Numbered from the stretch's first letter, positions 1-17,609 are shown. The stretch: 64,000 nucleotides of DNA from Octopus vulgaris (GCA_951406725.2 OX597836.1:3782001-3846000), one strand, 5' to 3'. A program made the numbers and translations. Notes: generated by a model not told the origin, from the sequence alone.

Positions 1-379
1 AGGAATCTCCGACGAATTTTAGCAAATATTTCAAACGCCATTTTCTTCACCGATAATTTATAAGTCCCCCATAGCAAATATCCAGGATCAAAAGCGTTCC
101 AGCCGCGACAGTCCATTCTTGTATATTTAAGCCAATATTGTTCAATGTATTCTTTTAAAAATTACTACAGGGTGTTTCATTTGAGAGAACTTTAGCTACT
201 ATTTCTAGCAAGTTGAACAAGCAAGTAAAGGCTGGTGTGTCCATGTACTCGGTCGTGTTACTAGTAAAAGCCTACTTTTGTTCTCTTTCTATTCTTCTAT
301 TTATTCAAATCCAAGCCGGGTGGATCTGGGGGCTTAGGGGTGGAATCTGTATAGTGTTGGGTAAATACCTGGTGTTGTT

Positions 380-730
380 CTAAGCTTTCCTTCGAACTTT
401 CGTTTTGAATTTTAAATCTGTCAGAGATCGATTAATGCGTGTTTTTTTTTTCATCTCTCGGTGATCGATAAGAACTGATTGAAGTATCGGTGCTGAAAAA
501 GTTGGATTCTGTCTCCCACCACCACCACCACCACCACCACCACCGTCGCTACTACCACTACTGCCAACGCCATTACACCAGGCAGCAGCAGCAGTACCAG
601 CAGCATCTTCAACTCCACCACCATCAACACTACCATCACCACAACAACCAATAGCACCACCTCGATCACTACCACCACTACTGGCACCGTCAGTAGCACC
701 AGCAGAATTTCCCATCCACTTGACATTCTA
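380..730 (-). CDS. Candidate host-gene terminal exon, Gly/Ser-rich, unknown product
   Basis: Open frame NVKWMGNSAG...RINRSLTDLKFKTKVRRKA* after a possible acceptor (ttgttaaattag). The middle is a degenerate (GGT)n tract, so the ORF may be fortuitous. Confidence 0.2.
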
Positions 731-827
731 ATTTAACAAGTAGGTGATAATTCAGTCGAGTGACCCACTAAATGCTCATCGTCGAAATCGACGAAGGAAT
801 TATTTCCATTAACAGCTAATATCTAGG

Positions 828-912
828 GTGACGGTGATCATGATTGTGAGGGCGTTGTCTATAATGATGATGATGATGATGATGATTGTGATGATGATTA
901 TGATGATGTGTG

Positions 913-946
<34 letters not shown>

Positions 947-947
947 A
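828..947. repeat. (GAT)n microsatellite
   Basis: Direct tandem repeat. Confidence 0.9.
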
Positions 948-1029
948 GTTTCCCGTAGTCCGAGAATGACGGTTTTGCCGGTTTTTGCACAAATAATTTG
1001 GTTCTTAGGATCAAATGCATGTGCCGTGC

Positions 1030-1222
1030 ATTAGGTCATTCTCTCCATCAACTCGACGTTACCTGAACAGGTGCACGGTGAACCCACACGCCAGGTATCG
1101 CAAAGGGATCGCAAAGCAAAGTGAGATGAAGTGTCTTGCTCAAGAAAACAAACGCACCAGCCTGGTCAGGAATTGAAACCGCGATCGTAAGAACAACGTC
1201 CTAACCGTTAGGCCAAGCACCA
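1030..1222 (-). mobile_element. tRNA-headed SINE (family C), degenerate
   Basis: gtgagatgaagtgtcttgctcaag...ggaattgaaacc...ctaaccgttaggcc matches copies near 20430-20520, 49380-49440 and 53350-53470. Confidence 0.7.
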
Positions 1223-2134
1223 TCACTAATGGCTAATATTAGTAACTTAATAATTTAACAAAAACCGCGCCGCCGCATCGATGTCCATTCTTAGCTGATA
1301 TATCGATAGACTGATTGACTTTTACGCATTACCCGTTTCATCGTGTCTTTGGCATTAAGTTTCGCTGTCTTCGAGAAAGGCTTCGCTTTTATTCAAGGTC
1401 AGAAAAAGATAACTGAGATAGATTAATGAGATCGAAGTGATGTTATACCCACGTTCCCCTGCGTTCCTGCTTTGCTGAAACGGATCGATAAGATTTAATT
1501 TACTAACATCTGTCGGATGAAAAAAAAAATTGAATCCGTTGATACGAGAAGATTCGGTTTAGAAGGGTTGTAGTTAGAAAACCCAATACTTTCAGTGAGA
1601 TAAAGATCTGTATTCGGGTGGGCAAGGTTATAACATTTCACCCGAATCATATCCATTATTACAGTACTTGGAATTAACTTTCTGTCGGAAAGAAGTTTGG
1701 TTGTGGCATTGAGAACAGAATACTGTTAGGCAGTAGTTGGTAGGTGGTAGGTGTTAGTGGTTAAGGTTGTGGTGATAGTAATGACAAAAGTGATAACGGC
1801 GCCTATTGTTGTTGTTGTTGTTATTGAAACCAACTTTAATATTTTATGACTTTTACAGAGTGGGGAAGTGAGCGCGCATAATATCGTTCGAGGCCTCCAA
1901 GGCTGAAGGTGGAAAAAAATTCTTTAACCGGAGATCTATCATAAAATTCTAGCAAAAGAATGGATTCTTCTAAAGTCATTCACATGCCGGGTGGTTTTGT
2001 AAAAACTGAGTGGCGTATAAAGTTTTTCATCTCAAACCAAGGGCAGTCCCTTTCTTCACGGCTTCCTCACAGTTTCTATGTACCAATGGCAGAAAACATT
2101 TATCCAAAGGGCCGTGCAGTATGATCAAACTGAA

Positions 2135-2367
2135 AAGGCGGTGAGTTCGCAGAAACGTTAGCACGCCAGGCAAAATGCTTAGCGGTATTTCGTCTGCCGC
2201 TACGTTCTGAGTTCAAATTCCGCCGAGGTCGACTTTGCTTTTCATCCTTTTGGGGTCGATAAATTAAGTACCAGTTACGCACTGGGGTCGATGTAATCGA
2301 CTTAATCCGTTTGTCTGTCCTTGTTTGTCCCTTTTGTGTTTAGCCCCTTGTGGGTAATAAAGAAATA
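2135..2367 (+). mobile_element. tRNA-headed SINE family A, full length, tail type 1
   Basis: Head ggcggtgag..gcagaaacgttagcacgcc, B-box-like gagttcaaattcc, central ttttcatccttttggggtcgataaattaagtaccag, tail tagccccttgtgggtaataaagaaata. More than 10 related copies in the window. Confidence 0.9.
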
Positions 2368-2429
2368 AGAATCGAACTTAAAATAACTTAGTTGTAAAAC
2401 GAATGTCTTAACTACAGTACCTTATCTAT

Positions 2430-2960
2430 ACTCTATTTTAAAAACTTGGACATAATCATTCTGTTTTTCCCCAGAGACAGTGCATCCGGACACTGACCTT
2501 CAGAAGGTAGATAAATAATAAGTATAGAAAAGTTCGCAATATACGGAGTTATCACGCAAGCATTCAACGACATGTGATGGTACGCTGAAGATTCAGTTTG
2601 ATGACACAACAAAAGAGAACTATTTCCACCAATAAAAGTTTCCACAATCAATTTCAGAAGCAGAACACAGCGCGCTGAACCCATCCATAGCTCAACACCC
2701 GCTCATATGCTCAATGTGCAGATAAAACTTTTTTGCATGACGACACTTTGATAATAGCTCCACTTTCATGTTTATGTTATTTGTCGCGTTAGTAATTAAT
2801 ATGATAGTTCTTGGCTTTACTTAGATAACTTTGCATTGAGAAATTATTATTGCACAGCGTGCTATCTTCTCTGATGTATACTGTCGGCCTATTAGCTTAC
2901 GTCGGACACTGTTCGACGAAGGTTAGCAGTCTGAAACTTTGAAGCACCGTTACCGTTCTT
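2430..2960. mobile_element. Degenerate Penelope-like element remnant
   Basis: Minus ORF LLKLIVETFIGGNSSLLLCHQTE loosely resembles a GIY-YIG C-terminus. A decayed hammerhead-like terminus lies at 2909-2950. Confidence 0.35.
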
Positions 2961-3152
2961 TTTGTAAAAGTGCATGAATTCTTCAAAAATGTGTATTGAG
3001 TAAGTGTTCGGTTTAACTTTAAATTAAAGTCTGTTTTTTTTTTTAAAACTAGAGTCTTGTTTTATTATAACTCAACATAAAACAGATTAAAATAAATATA
3101 TATTATCTTTCCTTCTCTCTCTCTCTCTCTCTCTCTCCACACACACACATAT

Positions 3153-3315
3153 ATACGACGGGCTTCTTTCAGTTTCCATCTACCAAATTCACTCACAAGG
3201 CTCCGGTCGGTCCGAGGCTATAATAGAAGACACATGTCCAAGGTCCCACGCTGTGGGACTGAACCAGGAACGATATGGTTGGGAAGCAAGCTTCTTACTA
3301 CACAGTCACGCCTAC
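3153..3315 (-). mobile_element. SINE family B (CORE-like), 5' half
   Basis: Reverse complement of the family B head seen at 59959-60125. Confidence 0.85.
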
Positions 3316-3385
3316 ACACCCCTCTCTCTCTCTATATATATATATATGTGTGCGTATGCACATGTATATATACACACGCATATAC

Positions 3386-3437
<52 letters not shown>

Positions 3438-4126
3438 GTGTGTATGTATGTATGTATGTATGTATGTATGTATGTATGTATGTATGTATGTATGTATGTA
3501 TCTGTCTGTCTATCTATCTAATGAAGTGGTAGATAAATTTTCCTTCAGAAAAAGAGAGAGAGAGATGAACCCAATACCTAGAGCAGAGTACAATTATATG
3601 TAGCTGAAGCGGTCGGTGTGTCGTTGCTGTTCGTCTCCCCTATAATCAAACTTCAACACGACCATGTGGTACATTGTTAAGAAATGTTTATCTAAGATGG
3701 CGTCTAGCTTTCACCTTTTCATTCGTGAATATTGTCCACATGAGTCGGTTTGAAAGAGATTGAAATTCTCAAATGAAAGAAAATATTTTCCATGCTTGAT
3801 ATTGAAAATATTTAACAAATATTTGTAAAATTAAAGAAAAGTAGGAAAAAATTTTAACTAGAAAAAAAAAAATTTACTAAAATGATTCTAGCTTTACTTT
3901 ATATTTAAGTTTTTCTTGCTGCCCTGCGTGTGGTTTGCGTGGCAGACGTCAATTCACAATAAGACTTTCGTGTCACATTTGGGCAGTTGGCCAATGAGCG
4001 TAGGTTGTTGGCGTTAAGGTACATCTTTTCCGTAGCCATTTCCGTGAGTGTGTGTGTGTGTGTGTCTTGTGTCTGTATTGAATCTTTATATTAGTGTCTA
4101 TTTATTTGTGTACTGTGAGCATGTGT

Positions 4127-4129
<3 letters not shown>

Positions 4130-4206
<77 letters not shown>

Positions 4207-4519
4207 GTATCCATCTGTCTATCTGTCTGTCTGTCTCTCTCTGTGTCTCTCTCTCTGCCTCTCTCTCTCTGTGCAATATTATATGTAGTCAAGGGTATGT
4301 GTAACTCTCTCTATATGCATCTAAACCATTCCCATCCGTACCTCTACGCATTTATGCGTGGGTGTGTCTGTCTGTCTGTCTCCGTGCCTGCATCCGCGTC
4401 TACATGTTTTGCCTTGTTATTTACACCTGTTTTTACACTTGTACACTTAAGCACGATTGCAAGTCTGCGTACAGGTGTATGTGTGTGTACCTGTCTCTTT
4501 ACCAAAGTACTTCTGTGTG

Positions 4520-4552
<33 letters not shown>

Positions 4553-4776
4553 ATTTGTGTGCGCGCTTCGTTTCTATATTTGTGTGTATGCGAGTCTATA
4601 TATATGTGTGTATACTTGTGTATGTGTTTATGTGAGTGATTATCTGTGTGGGAATCTGTGTTTCACATCTTTATTTCTGATTATTTCTTTGCGTGTTTGT
4701 CAATGTAAATGTGTATGTATGTGTGAGTGAGTGTGTGTGTGTGTATCCGTCAAACTGTCTTAATGTTTGTGTGTGT

Positions 4777-4867
<91 letters not shown>

Positions 4868-4916
4868 CATCATTATTATTATTATTATCATCATTATTAT
4901 TATTATTATCATTCTT

Positions 4917-4985
<69 letters not shown>

Positions 4986-5130
4986 TATTTATTTCCTTAT
5001 TTCAGTCGTTGAGTGTCTGTGAATGCACAGGGAATGTTGTGTGTGCGCACGTGCATCAATATATATGCGTACATAATCACATTATTAATACGCACGCACA
5101 CACAGAGATTCATATATTTGTATATATATA

Positions 5131-5169
<39 letters not shown>

Positions 5170-5227
5170 CATACATACATTTATATATATGTATATGTAT
5201 GTATATCCATTTGTGCTTGGGTTTGTT

Positions 5228-5262
<35 letters not shown>

Positions 5263-5276
5263 ATGCGTGCGAGTGC

Positions 5277-5315
<39 letters not shown>

Positions 5316-5685
5316 TGTGTATTACTCTTTATTTCAGTTTATTTAATTATATACTCGTTCGCGTGATTACGAATGCACAAGACGTGTGTGTGTGTGTGTT
5401 TGTGTCTATGAGTATGTATATATATATATATGTATATACACACACATACAAATATGTATTTACGCACGCATGTGTGTACGCGCATGCATGTAAGTATGTA
5501 TATATGTATGTATGTATGTTTGTGAATGTACGTTATGGATGTGTGCGTATGTGTGTGTTTGTGCATACACACTCAGGCCCACACACATACACACATACGT
5601 ATAGATATATAAATATAATATATATATATATATATATATATACACAGTTTTGTATATATACGCGTGCGTGCGTTCGTGCGTGCGT

Positions 5686-5746
<61 letters not shown>

Positions 5747-5760
5747 ACATGTTTATCTTG
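4130..5760. repeat. Compound microsatellite block (TATC)n/(TG)n/(ATT)n/(TTC)n/(TA)n
   Basis: Visible simple repeats; they account for the poly-Y/I/L/VC ORFs. Confidence 0.95.
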
Positions 5761-6333
5761 TGTTTGTTAATAACTTGATATCTAAAAACTGAAGGAAATT
5801 GCTTGAAATAACAACGCCAACGTTTCACCAATAACATTGTCTGATCAGGCGGAAATTGGAAATTTCTTCAATTCGATCCCAGAATAACTTTCTAAAATGA
5901 ATTAAAAAAAAAAAACAAAAAAAACAAAACAAAACAAACCAAAAAAAAATAAAGCAAAAAGAATATTGAAAACAAAAAAAAATGTTAGAATTAATCCTCC
6001 CACTACAACAACAACGACAACAACAACATCGAAAGTAAAAGAAACAGCGGAAGCAACAAGACCGAAAGTGCTAACATGAGCTTAGGAAAAGGACGTCTAC
6101 GTGATCGCCTGGCTCGCTAGATATAGCAACCAATACACCCGCAGATCTCACCCTCTTATTTTTGACCATTTACCAATTAGATTATTCTGTCAGATGTAAT
6201 TATATTTATTCGCATTGTTTTGAATAAATTTTGTATTGTCTGATAGTTTCAAGATTTCGTTGTTGCGATCGTTTAGTTTTAGACTGACATTATAGGGTAA
6301 GTGTGAGAAGCCGGATCTGGTTAGTTTTAAACA

Positions 6334-6622
6334 TCACGTGGCCAAGTAACCGGTTGGACAATCGGATGTCGTTACACATCGCTGGTCACAATGCCCTTTG
6401 CATTGCTTTCTAACTTTCGAACGACGCCACCCTATTAGCTGGGTGAGCAGGCCAGCAGTTTCTCCTGATCGGAAAAAGTAGTCCTCTCCCATGGCTACCC
6501 ATTTACAGAGGAGTGGACTGGAGCATCGTGAAAAGAGCACAACACGCTGCTCTGTCTGGGAATCGAACCCACAATCGCTAGGTCGTGAGTCTAATACCCT
6601 AACCACTAGGCTACGCGCCTTC
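6334..6622 (-). mobile_element. tRNA-headed SINE family C
   Basis: Minus strand begins ggcgcgtagcctagtggttaggg (A box) ... gggttcgattccc (B box). The 3' part matches 59415-59530. Confidence 0.8.
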
Positions 6623-6663
6623 GGTTTTAACACAAGGACAAATAAATTACCTGAATGCTAAAG

Positions 6664-6942
6664 GAAGGCGGTGAGCTGGCAGAAACGTTAGCGCGCCGGA
6701 CGAAATGCTGAGCGGTATTTCGTCTGTCTCTTCATTCTGAGTTCAAATTCCGCCGAGGTCAACTTTGCCTTTCATCCTTTCGGGGTAGATTAAATAAATA
6801 CCAGTTACGCATTGCGGTCGATATAATCGACTTAATCCGTTTGTCTGTCCTCGTTTGTCCCTTCTGTGTTTAGCCATTTGTGGGTAGTAAAGAAATAGGT
6901 ATTTCGTCTGTCTTTACGTTCTGAGTTCAAATCCCGCCGAGG
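6664..6942 (+). mobile_element. SINE family A, full copy plus partial second tandem unit
   Basis: Full unit to aaagaaata (6897), then ggtatttcgtctg...ccgccgagg. Confidence 0.9.
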
Positions 6943-7987
6943 TTCTAGTCAATCGTTGACATAAATCTGCTCCTACAAGCTAGGAAGACATTCCAACGAT
7001 ATTCCGTTTCCCATTCGCATTACGGCCGAGTTAAACACAGGGCAATTTGTTTTTGATACGTTTAAAAACAAACAAAACATCTCTTCTACGCCAGCACATC
7101 CAGTAATTCACCCAAATCATGTCATTGGCCAATTTAAGTTAATTCCCTTGGCCAAATTTATGCTTGAATGAGTTCATTTATTAACTGACCAAGACATTTA
7201 GTCATATCTCTTTCGCTTTATGTAAAAAACTGTCCATGAATCAGCAGGTTTGGTTATATTATAATATGCTAATGAGGTCTAATGGGCGGAAATATACCCA
7301 TAGTTGTCTCTTGGTCGTACATAAAGTTGAGAACGTCATTGTTCTTTCCCGAATCATGTAAATTAACTCGATTAATTTATTCTTAATTTATTCAAATTTA
7401 TTCAATTTTATTATTCCTCCTTCTCTTTGAGAATCACTGGCAATTGCTGCTAGGTTTGGTTTTTGTCTTCTCACTCCAATTCAGTTGGAAATTACCATAA
7501 ATTAAAAATGTATTGTTAACGGCATTAAGTACATCGTTCTTTTGAAAAAAAATAGCATTGATTCTTTGCAGAGGAACAATTCACAGCTTGAAAAAAAAAC
7601 AAGTCTAGTTTATATAACTGCCATTGTTTTTGATGATCATGCTGTTGTTGTTATTGTTCTTCAGCCTCATGTCCGATCGAGCAAGCTCTCGATCATCCCG
7701 GGCTTTACTTTAGAGTAGTGATCTTCAGCCATTTTGTTTTTGCCTGTAAGCCCCTTTGATTTGTATATAACTCAGATGGACCCTATCCCCCAACATATCC
7801 ATTGCATATTTGTAAAAAGAATTGCATGATATATTTATATTCAAATATTATTATTCCGTTTTGGACTGGTTGGAGCAGGAGGATACACGTGGATGGAAAG
7901 GGTCGCTGGAGAGGTCACAGATGTGTGACGAACAATTTCCAGACAATGGGTATAAGACAAAATAAGAACAATAATAAACGAGTGAAG

Positions 7988-8100
7988 AAAGACGGTGAGC
8001 TGGCAGAAACGTTAGCCCGCCGGGCGAAATGCTTTGTGGTATTTCGTCTGTCGTTACGTTCTGAGTTCAAATTCCGCCGAGGTCGACTTTGCCTTTCATC
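7988..8100 (+). mobile_element. SINE family A, 5' portion
   Basis: gacggtgagctggcagaaacgttagc...gcctttcatc. Confidence 0.85.
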
Positions 8101-8104
8101 AATA

Positions 8105-8369
8105 TTCTTTTACATGTTTCAGTGATTTGACTGCGGCCATGCTGGAGCACCTTCATGGTGCACCTTTAGTAAAAGAAATCAATCCCTAAGACTTATTCTT
8201 TGAAAGCCTAGTACTTATTCTGTGTGCCTCTTTTGTTGAACCGCTAAGTTACAGTGACGTAAACACACCAACATCGGTTGTCAAGCGATGGTGGGGGACA
8301 AATACAGACACAAAGACAAATACACATAAATATATATGTATGTGTGTGTATATACATATATGCAAACAT

Positions 8370-8462
<93 letters not shown>

Positions 8463-8535
8463 CAACGGGCTTCCTTCAGTTTCTGTCAACCAAATCCACT
8501 CACAAGGCTTTGGTCGGCCTGAGGCTATAGTAGAT
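8105..8535 (-). mobile_element. SINE family B with internal (TA)n expansion
   Basis: Reverse complement matches 60050-60360. Confidence 0.85.
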
Positions 8536-8631
8536 ATGATCTGAGGAAGATTTAGCTACTCTTTCTAGAACGTCAAGCAACCGCACACAGGAGCCCTCAC
8601 TGGCTCATAATTCTTTCTTCTATAATCACGA

Positions 8632-8822
8632 GGCTCAAAATTTTGGATAAAGGGGCCAGTCGATTATATCGAGGCCAGTGCTCAACTAGGGACTTGTTTT
8701 ATCATTTTGGAAAGGATGGAAGGCTAGGTCGACCTGGGCGAAATTTGAACACATATCGTAATGAGCCAGAAGAAATGCCAATAGACATTTTCTCCGGCGA
8801 GGTAAGGATTCAGCAAGCTTCT
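8632..8822 (-). mobile_element. SINE family A, diverged
   Basis: gtcgattatatcga...gaaaggatggaaggctaggtcgacctgggcgaaatttgaac is the reverse complement of the family A core. Confidence 0.7.
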
Positions 8823-9008
8823 CACTTTTGGATCAAAATTCATATGGGTTACATGTATCGTATAATGTTTGGGGCAAGAGCAGGGTGGGGCCCAAAAGTC
8901 AAAGAGGGGTCGAAAAGTTTAATAAATTTGTTTTAATTACATTTTTTTTATTTGTCTTTCATAAAATGTGACTTTTCACTCATTGTATATCTCTTTTATT
9001 TATATACA

Positions 9009-9040
<32 letters not shown>

Positions 9041-9763
9041 CAAAAGTATATATATATATCAAAAGTATATGTTAGAATAGTATCCCACATATACAAAAGC
9101 AGCCATACCAACAATCCAACAAACCAACATACCCCCATCATCAGCTGCCCCACAGATATCATTATGGTTTCGACACCTGGGCAGTACCATTCAATGCAGC
9201 GGTGTCAACAGCACTAAAATAAGTGCTGTTTGGTGCTAAGTTATCGTAAATTTTAAACAGCATAAATGAATTATTAACACCTTTTTGACTTTTGGATCAC
9301 CTGTGACTTTTGGGTCACCCTGTAGTTCCTGGCTCGGCTCAACATGAAGCCGCATAGTTTCATGACAAGTTTGTCGGCAGCTGAATAGGCAAACCTTCTA
9401 TAGAATTTACTACTTAGGAGTGTTCGACGGAGCACAACATGACTGTACATAAAAAAAAAACTGTCGAAATAATGGCAGAGGATGCCATCGTTCATTGACG
9501 TACTGAAAGAAGACACCAAGGTAGCAATGTTGGAGTTACAGGAGATTCGAAGGTCAAAGAACTGTGATGATAGAACTTGCAGACTCATTTCTTCACACAA
9601 ATAAAATTCACAAACGAATAGCCTCGGGTTTGATGAAGGTCTCTTGAAAATATCCCCGCGAAACGAGGAAAGGCAAAGTGAATGAGTGAATCAGTGAATT
9701 AGAGAGAAAGAGAGTGTGTGCGTCCGAAGGAGAGGAAGAGAGGGAAAGTTAGAGAGACAAATG

Positions 9764-9803
<40 letters not shown>

Positions 9804-9988
9804 CAGACAGAGCGAAAGTGAGATGTACCATAAAATTGTTGTCACTTATTCACTGTACATAGTCCATCTAGCCGTAACAAGAGACCAAGGGGATGTGAAA
9901 ATGATTGCTGCTATGAAGATCGTTGGGAATGTGGTACAACAAAGGCTGTGTGTTTCCACAGATTCCGACAGACTCTGCTGATTGATCT

Positions 9989-10053
<65 letters not shown>

Positions 10054-10189
10054 AAATACACACACCTGTACAGTGATATACACACAATTATGGTTTAGAA
10101 TAGACGAAACCTGTGATAAACAGAGAAAAAAAACCCAAACTAATACGTATTCCCTGGGGCAGACTAGGCTCTCAATCACTTAACGCCTG

Positions 10190-13300
<3,111 letters not shown>

Positions 13301-13888
13301 TAGTAAGAATGGTTATATTGATATCTTTATTGGTCACAAGGGCTTACGTATGTAATACAAAGCACGCCATGCATTATATGACATGTGGCTGATGTACATG
13401 TTTATAACATGGGGTCGTAAAACATGCGGGTACTGTGCACCTACATTTATTATAGGTGTGGCAGAAGTTGTAACTATACCCGAGAGGCAGGTTTAAAATG
13501 TGGTATCTTAGACTCTTATGCACAAAGAAGTGACACTCACGTCGAAAGGATGAAAATGAACTACCTTGAGCATAATTTTTTTGCATATTTGATGCCTTGT
13601 TCCGACTGATACGTAAAGGTGGGTTTTATAAAAGGCGCCCTCAGCCTTGGGGGGGGGGCTACTGAATAAAGATGCAATTATTTTAGGCTTTTGTCGATAT
13701 GCCTTTAATTGTTTGAGTCGTTTGATAGACTGTTATTTTTTAGACTGTTATTCGATTTGTCTCAGTCATTAGACTGCAGCCATCCTGGGGCATTGCTTTG
13801 ATGAGTTGCCAGTGGAATGAATCAACCAACACCGGTTGCCAAGCTGTGATGGGGTACAAACACTGACACACACACACACACACAGACG

Positions 13889-14822
<934 letters not shown>

Positions 14823-15630
14823 CATGCCATGCTCTGTGTTCTGGAGCAAAATGCTTAATTTCATGTTGCTCCGGTCCACACTTTTGTCAAAAGTGTGTAA
14901 TCTTGCGACGGACCCTCGTCTTAGCCAGGGGAACAGGGAAATTAATATGCTCCAGAGAAACCGGAAAACCAGATCTTCACTTCAGCAGTCTATGATGTTG
15001 ATCAGCGTAAACTTGTTTCTTCAGGTGCCAAGTTCTAAGCCCACCATTTACTTGTAAAAAATATGTGCTTCTAAATTTTCGAGATGAACATTAGCATGAC
15101 AGAGATGTTATCCAAGTATCCAAACACATGATCTCTCGTCTCTTATTGCGAGCTAAATGACCCTTGACACATCTAACATCTGCTGCAGTGTCTCGAGCGT
15201 CAAAGACGCACAGACAGATATTTCTTCGAACTTCTATTTCCATATATTTAAATCGTTTTAAGAGATTTCGCTTTCTATTTTCGAAAAAAGAAAACAAAAG
15301 AAAAGAAAAAAACAAAACAAAACAAGACAATAAAAGCTAGTGCAAAGCAAAGTATCTGTAGCTATTTTAGTCATTAATCTTAATTAAGTTGCCAACAGAC
15401 TAAATATAACATTGACAAATGGTACTTGATATCGTTGTAATTGCAAACGATAAGAAGAAAAAAATGACAACAAAAATGGCGACAATAAATAGCAGCAGCA
15501 ACAACAACAACAAATGGACTGCAATAGTAAAGATAAACAATATGATTGACAAAAAGATAAAAAAAAAACCAAAACTAAGAAGAAATTTCAGTTTTTGAAA
15601 AATAATTCGCATGCCTATGTACGTATAAGT

Positions 15631-15940
15631 GGAGGCAGATGGCCTAGTGGTTAGAGCAGCGGGTACGCGGTCGAGGGATCGCGGGTTCGAATCTCAGACC
15701 GGGCGATGTGTGTGTTTATGAGCGAAAACACATTCGCTCCACTCGACCCCAGGCAGAAGGTAATGGCGAACTTCTGCTGGCTCTTTCGCAACAGCTTTCT
15801 CTCACTTTTTCCTCCTGCATCTAGCAGCTCGCCTGCGATGGACGGGCGTCCCGCCAGGTGGGGAACTGTATGCCAATGAAACCGGGAAACCAGCCATCAA
15901 TGAGCCAGGCATGGCTAGAAACGGAAGAACAACAACAACA
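15631..15940 (+). mobile_element. tRNA-derived SINE, full length, (AAC)n tail
   Basis: A box tggcctagtggttagag, B box gggttcgaatctc, internal ctgcgatggacgggcgtcccgccagg, tail aacaacaacaac. Flanked by tacgtataa on both sides (possible TSD). Confidence 0.85.
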
Positions 15941-15989
15941 TCTACGTATAAACATACATATTTATATACAACGAACTAGACATTTTGTT

Positions 15990-16305
15990 TAGCACAGGTA
16001 TAATTACCAACACAGGAACATGTATCATACTTCAAAAGGAAGCTGGTCCTCTGTGGATCACATTCCTACTTCTCAGCATAGTCACCATTCCTCTCAATAC
16101 CAATGTTCTACCTTTGAATGAGAGCTTGTATCCCTGCCCTGTAAAATTCTGTTGACTGTTGTTTGAGCCACTTTTTCACAACAGTTTTCACTTCCTTGTC
16201 ACTGGAATAATGTTTGCCTCTCAAACCCTCTTTCATAGGCCTGAAGAGATGATAGTCCAGTGACGAGGAAGTGAAAGTTGTAGTGAAGAAGTGGCTCAAA
16301 GAAAC
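15990..16305 (-). mobile_element. Mariner transposase C-terminal fragment with short inverted duplicate
   Basis: LDYHLFRPMKEGLRGKHYSSDKEVKTVVKKWLKQQSTEFYRAGIQALIQR*..ERNGDY is a typical mariner C-terminus. Confidence 0.85.
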
Positions 16306-16320
16306 TAAAAAAATCCCGTC

Positions 16321-16371
<51 letters not shown>

Positions 16372-16684
16372 GTCCTGTTATTATTATTATTATTGTTTTT
16401 TTATTTTTGATTTATATTCGTGTAACATCGTCCGGTTTTCTGTCCTTGTTTCGTATACATTCGATCCAATTTCCAAGGAATTTTATGCTCGTAGCTCAGT
16501 TTTTCCTTGGGGATGGCTAGATTGGAGCAATCTCAAGATTAATCAGCCGAAATTGCGAGGATGATCCGGTTCTTAACTGAAGATTAGAGGTTTCGAATGA
16601 CCTGTCCCTTTTTTATTTGTATCATCTATCTGGATGTTTCGCGTTCTTGTCCCATTTTGTATTTTGCATATATGTATATATACT

Positions 16685-16835
16685 TGACCGGTGTTGTTCT
16701 GGTTACGTCCCGTAATCTAGCGGTCAGGCAAAAGAGAACGATAGAATAAGTCCTATGGTCAATTTGTTCGACTAAATGCGGTGCTCCAGCAAAGCTGCAG
16801 TCAAATGATTGAAACAAGTAAATCAATAAAAGAAT
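16685..16835 (+). mobile_element. SINE family B, 3' half
   Basis: cttagcgg-like...gatagaataagtcc...gcggtgctccagc...aaacaagtaaa. Confidence 0.8.
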
Positions 16836-16859
16836 ATATATATATATATATATTACATA

Positions 16860-17150
16860 TCTTTATCTTTTCTATGTGTTATTCATTAGACTGTGGCCAT
16901 GCTGGAGCACCACCTTGAAGAATTTCAGTCCAATGAATCAATCCCGATTCCTATTTTTCAAGGCCTGATACTTATTCTATCGATATCTATTGCCGAACCG
17001 CTAGTTACGGGAGCATAGGCACAAGAACACCCCAGTTGTCAAGTGGTGATGAAACACACACATGGCTTGTCGAAGGTGCTACGCATCGGGACTGAACCCG
17101 GACCCATGTCGTTCAAAAGCAAACATTTCACTATATAGCCACTCTTGCGC
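16860..17150 (-). mobile_element. SINE family B, inverted relative to its neighbour
   Basis: gactgtggccatgctggagcacc...tacttattctatcga...gccgaaccgctagttacggg. Confidence 0.8.
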
Positions 17151-17154
17151 CAAC

Positions 17155-17186
<32 letters not shown>

Positions 17187-17267
17187 GTATGCATTTATAA
17201 ATGTATGTCTGTGTGTACATATGCATATATCTTCATATACATACTCATATAAATACATACATACACA

Positions 17268-17350
<83 letters not shown>

Positions 17351-17609
17351 ATATATGTACGCATACATATACGTATATATAAATGTGTTATGTATGTAGG
17401 TTTCGATGTGTGTGTGTGTTTTGTGTGTGTTTTGTGTGTGACCTTCGACACCTGGCCAGACTTGGTGTACAGACTGTGACGGAACGTTAATATTTATAAA
17501 TCAATGAACCCCCCCCCCACCATTGGTTGCTGCTCCGCATTGATCACGTGGACACCAGCAATAAACAGGTGATTAGTTCGACTGATAACATTTCACACTC
17601 TTGGCACCC

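Noticed and set aside
1332-1510. Minus-strand exon candidate after a polypyrimidine-CAG acceptor
   Set aside because: No frame is open to the gtaatg donor, and the alternative donor is weak.
9440-9660. Possible hAT transposase C-terminal remnant
   Set aside because: Only a vague, frameshifted resemblance (MKVS*KYP); cannot be supported without a search.
15631-15700. tRNA gene-like sequence with A/B boxes
   Set aside because: It continues into a SINE body and tail and lacks a proper acceptor stem, so it is a SINE head rather than a tRNA.
16500-16610. Stem followed by GAAA and a nearby CUGAAGA
   Set aside because: The core elements are in the wrong arrangement or missing; treated as an unclassified repeat.
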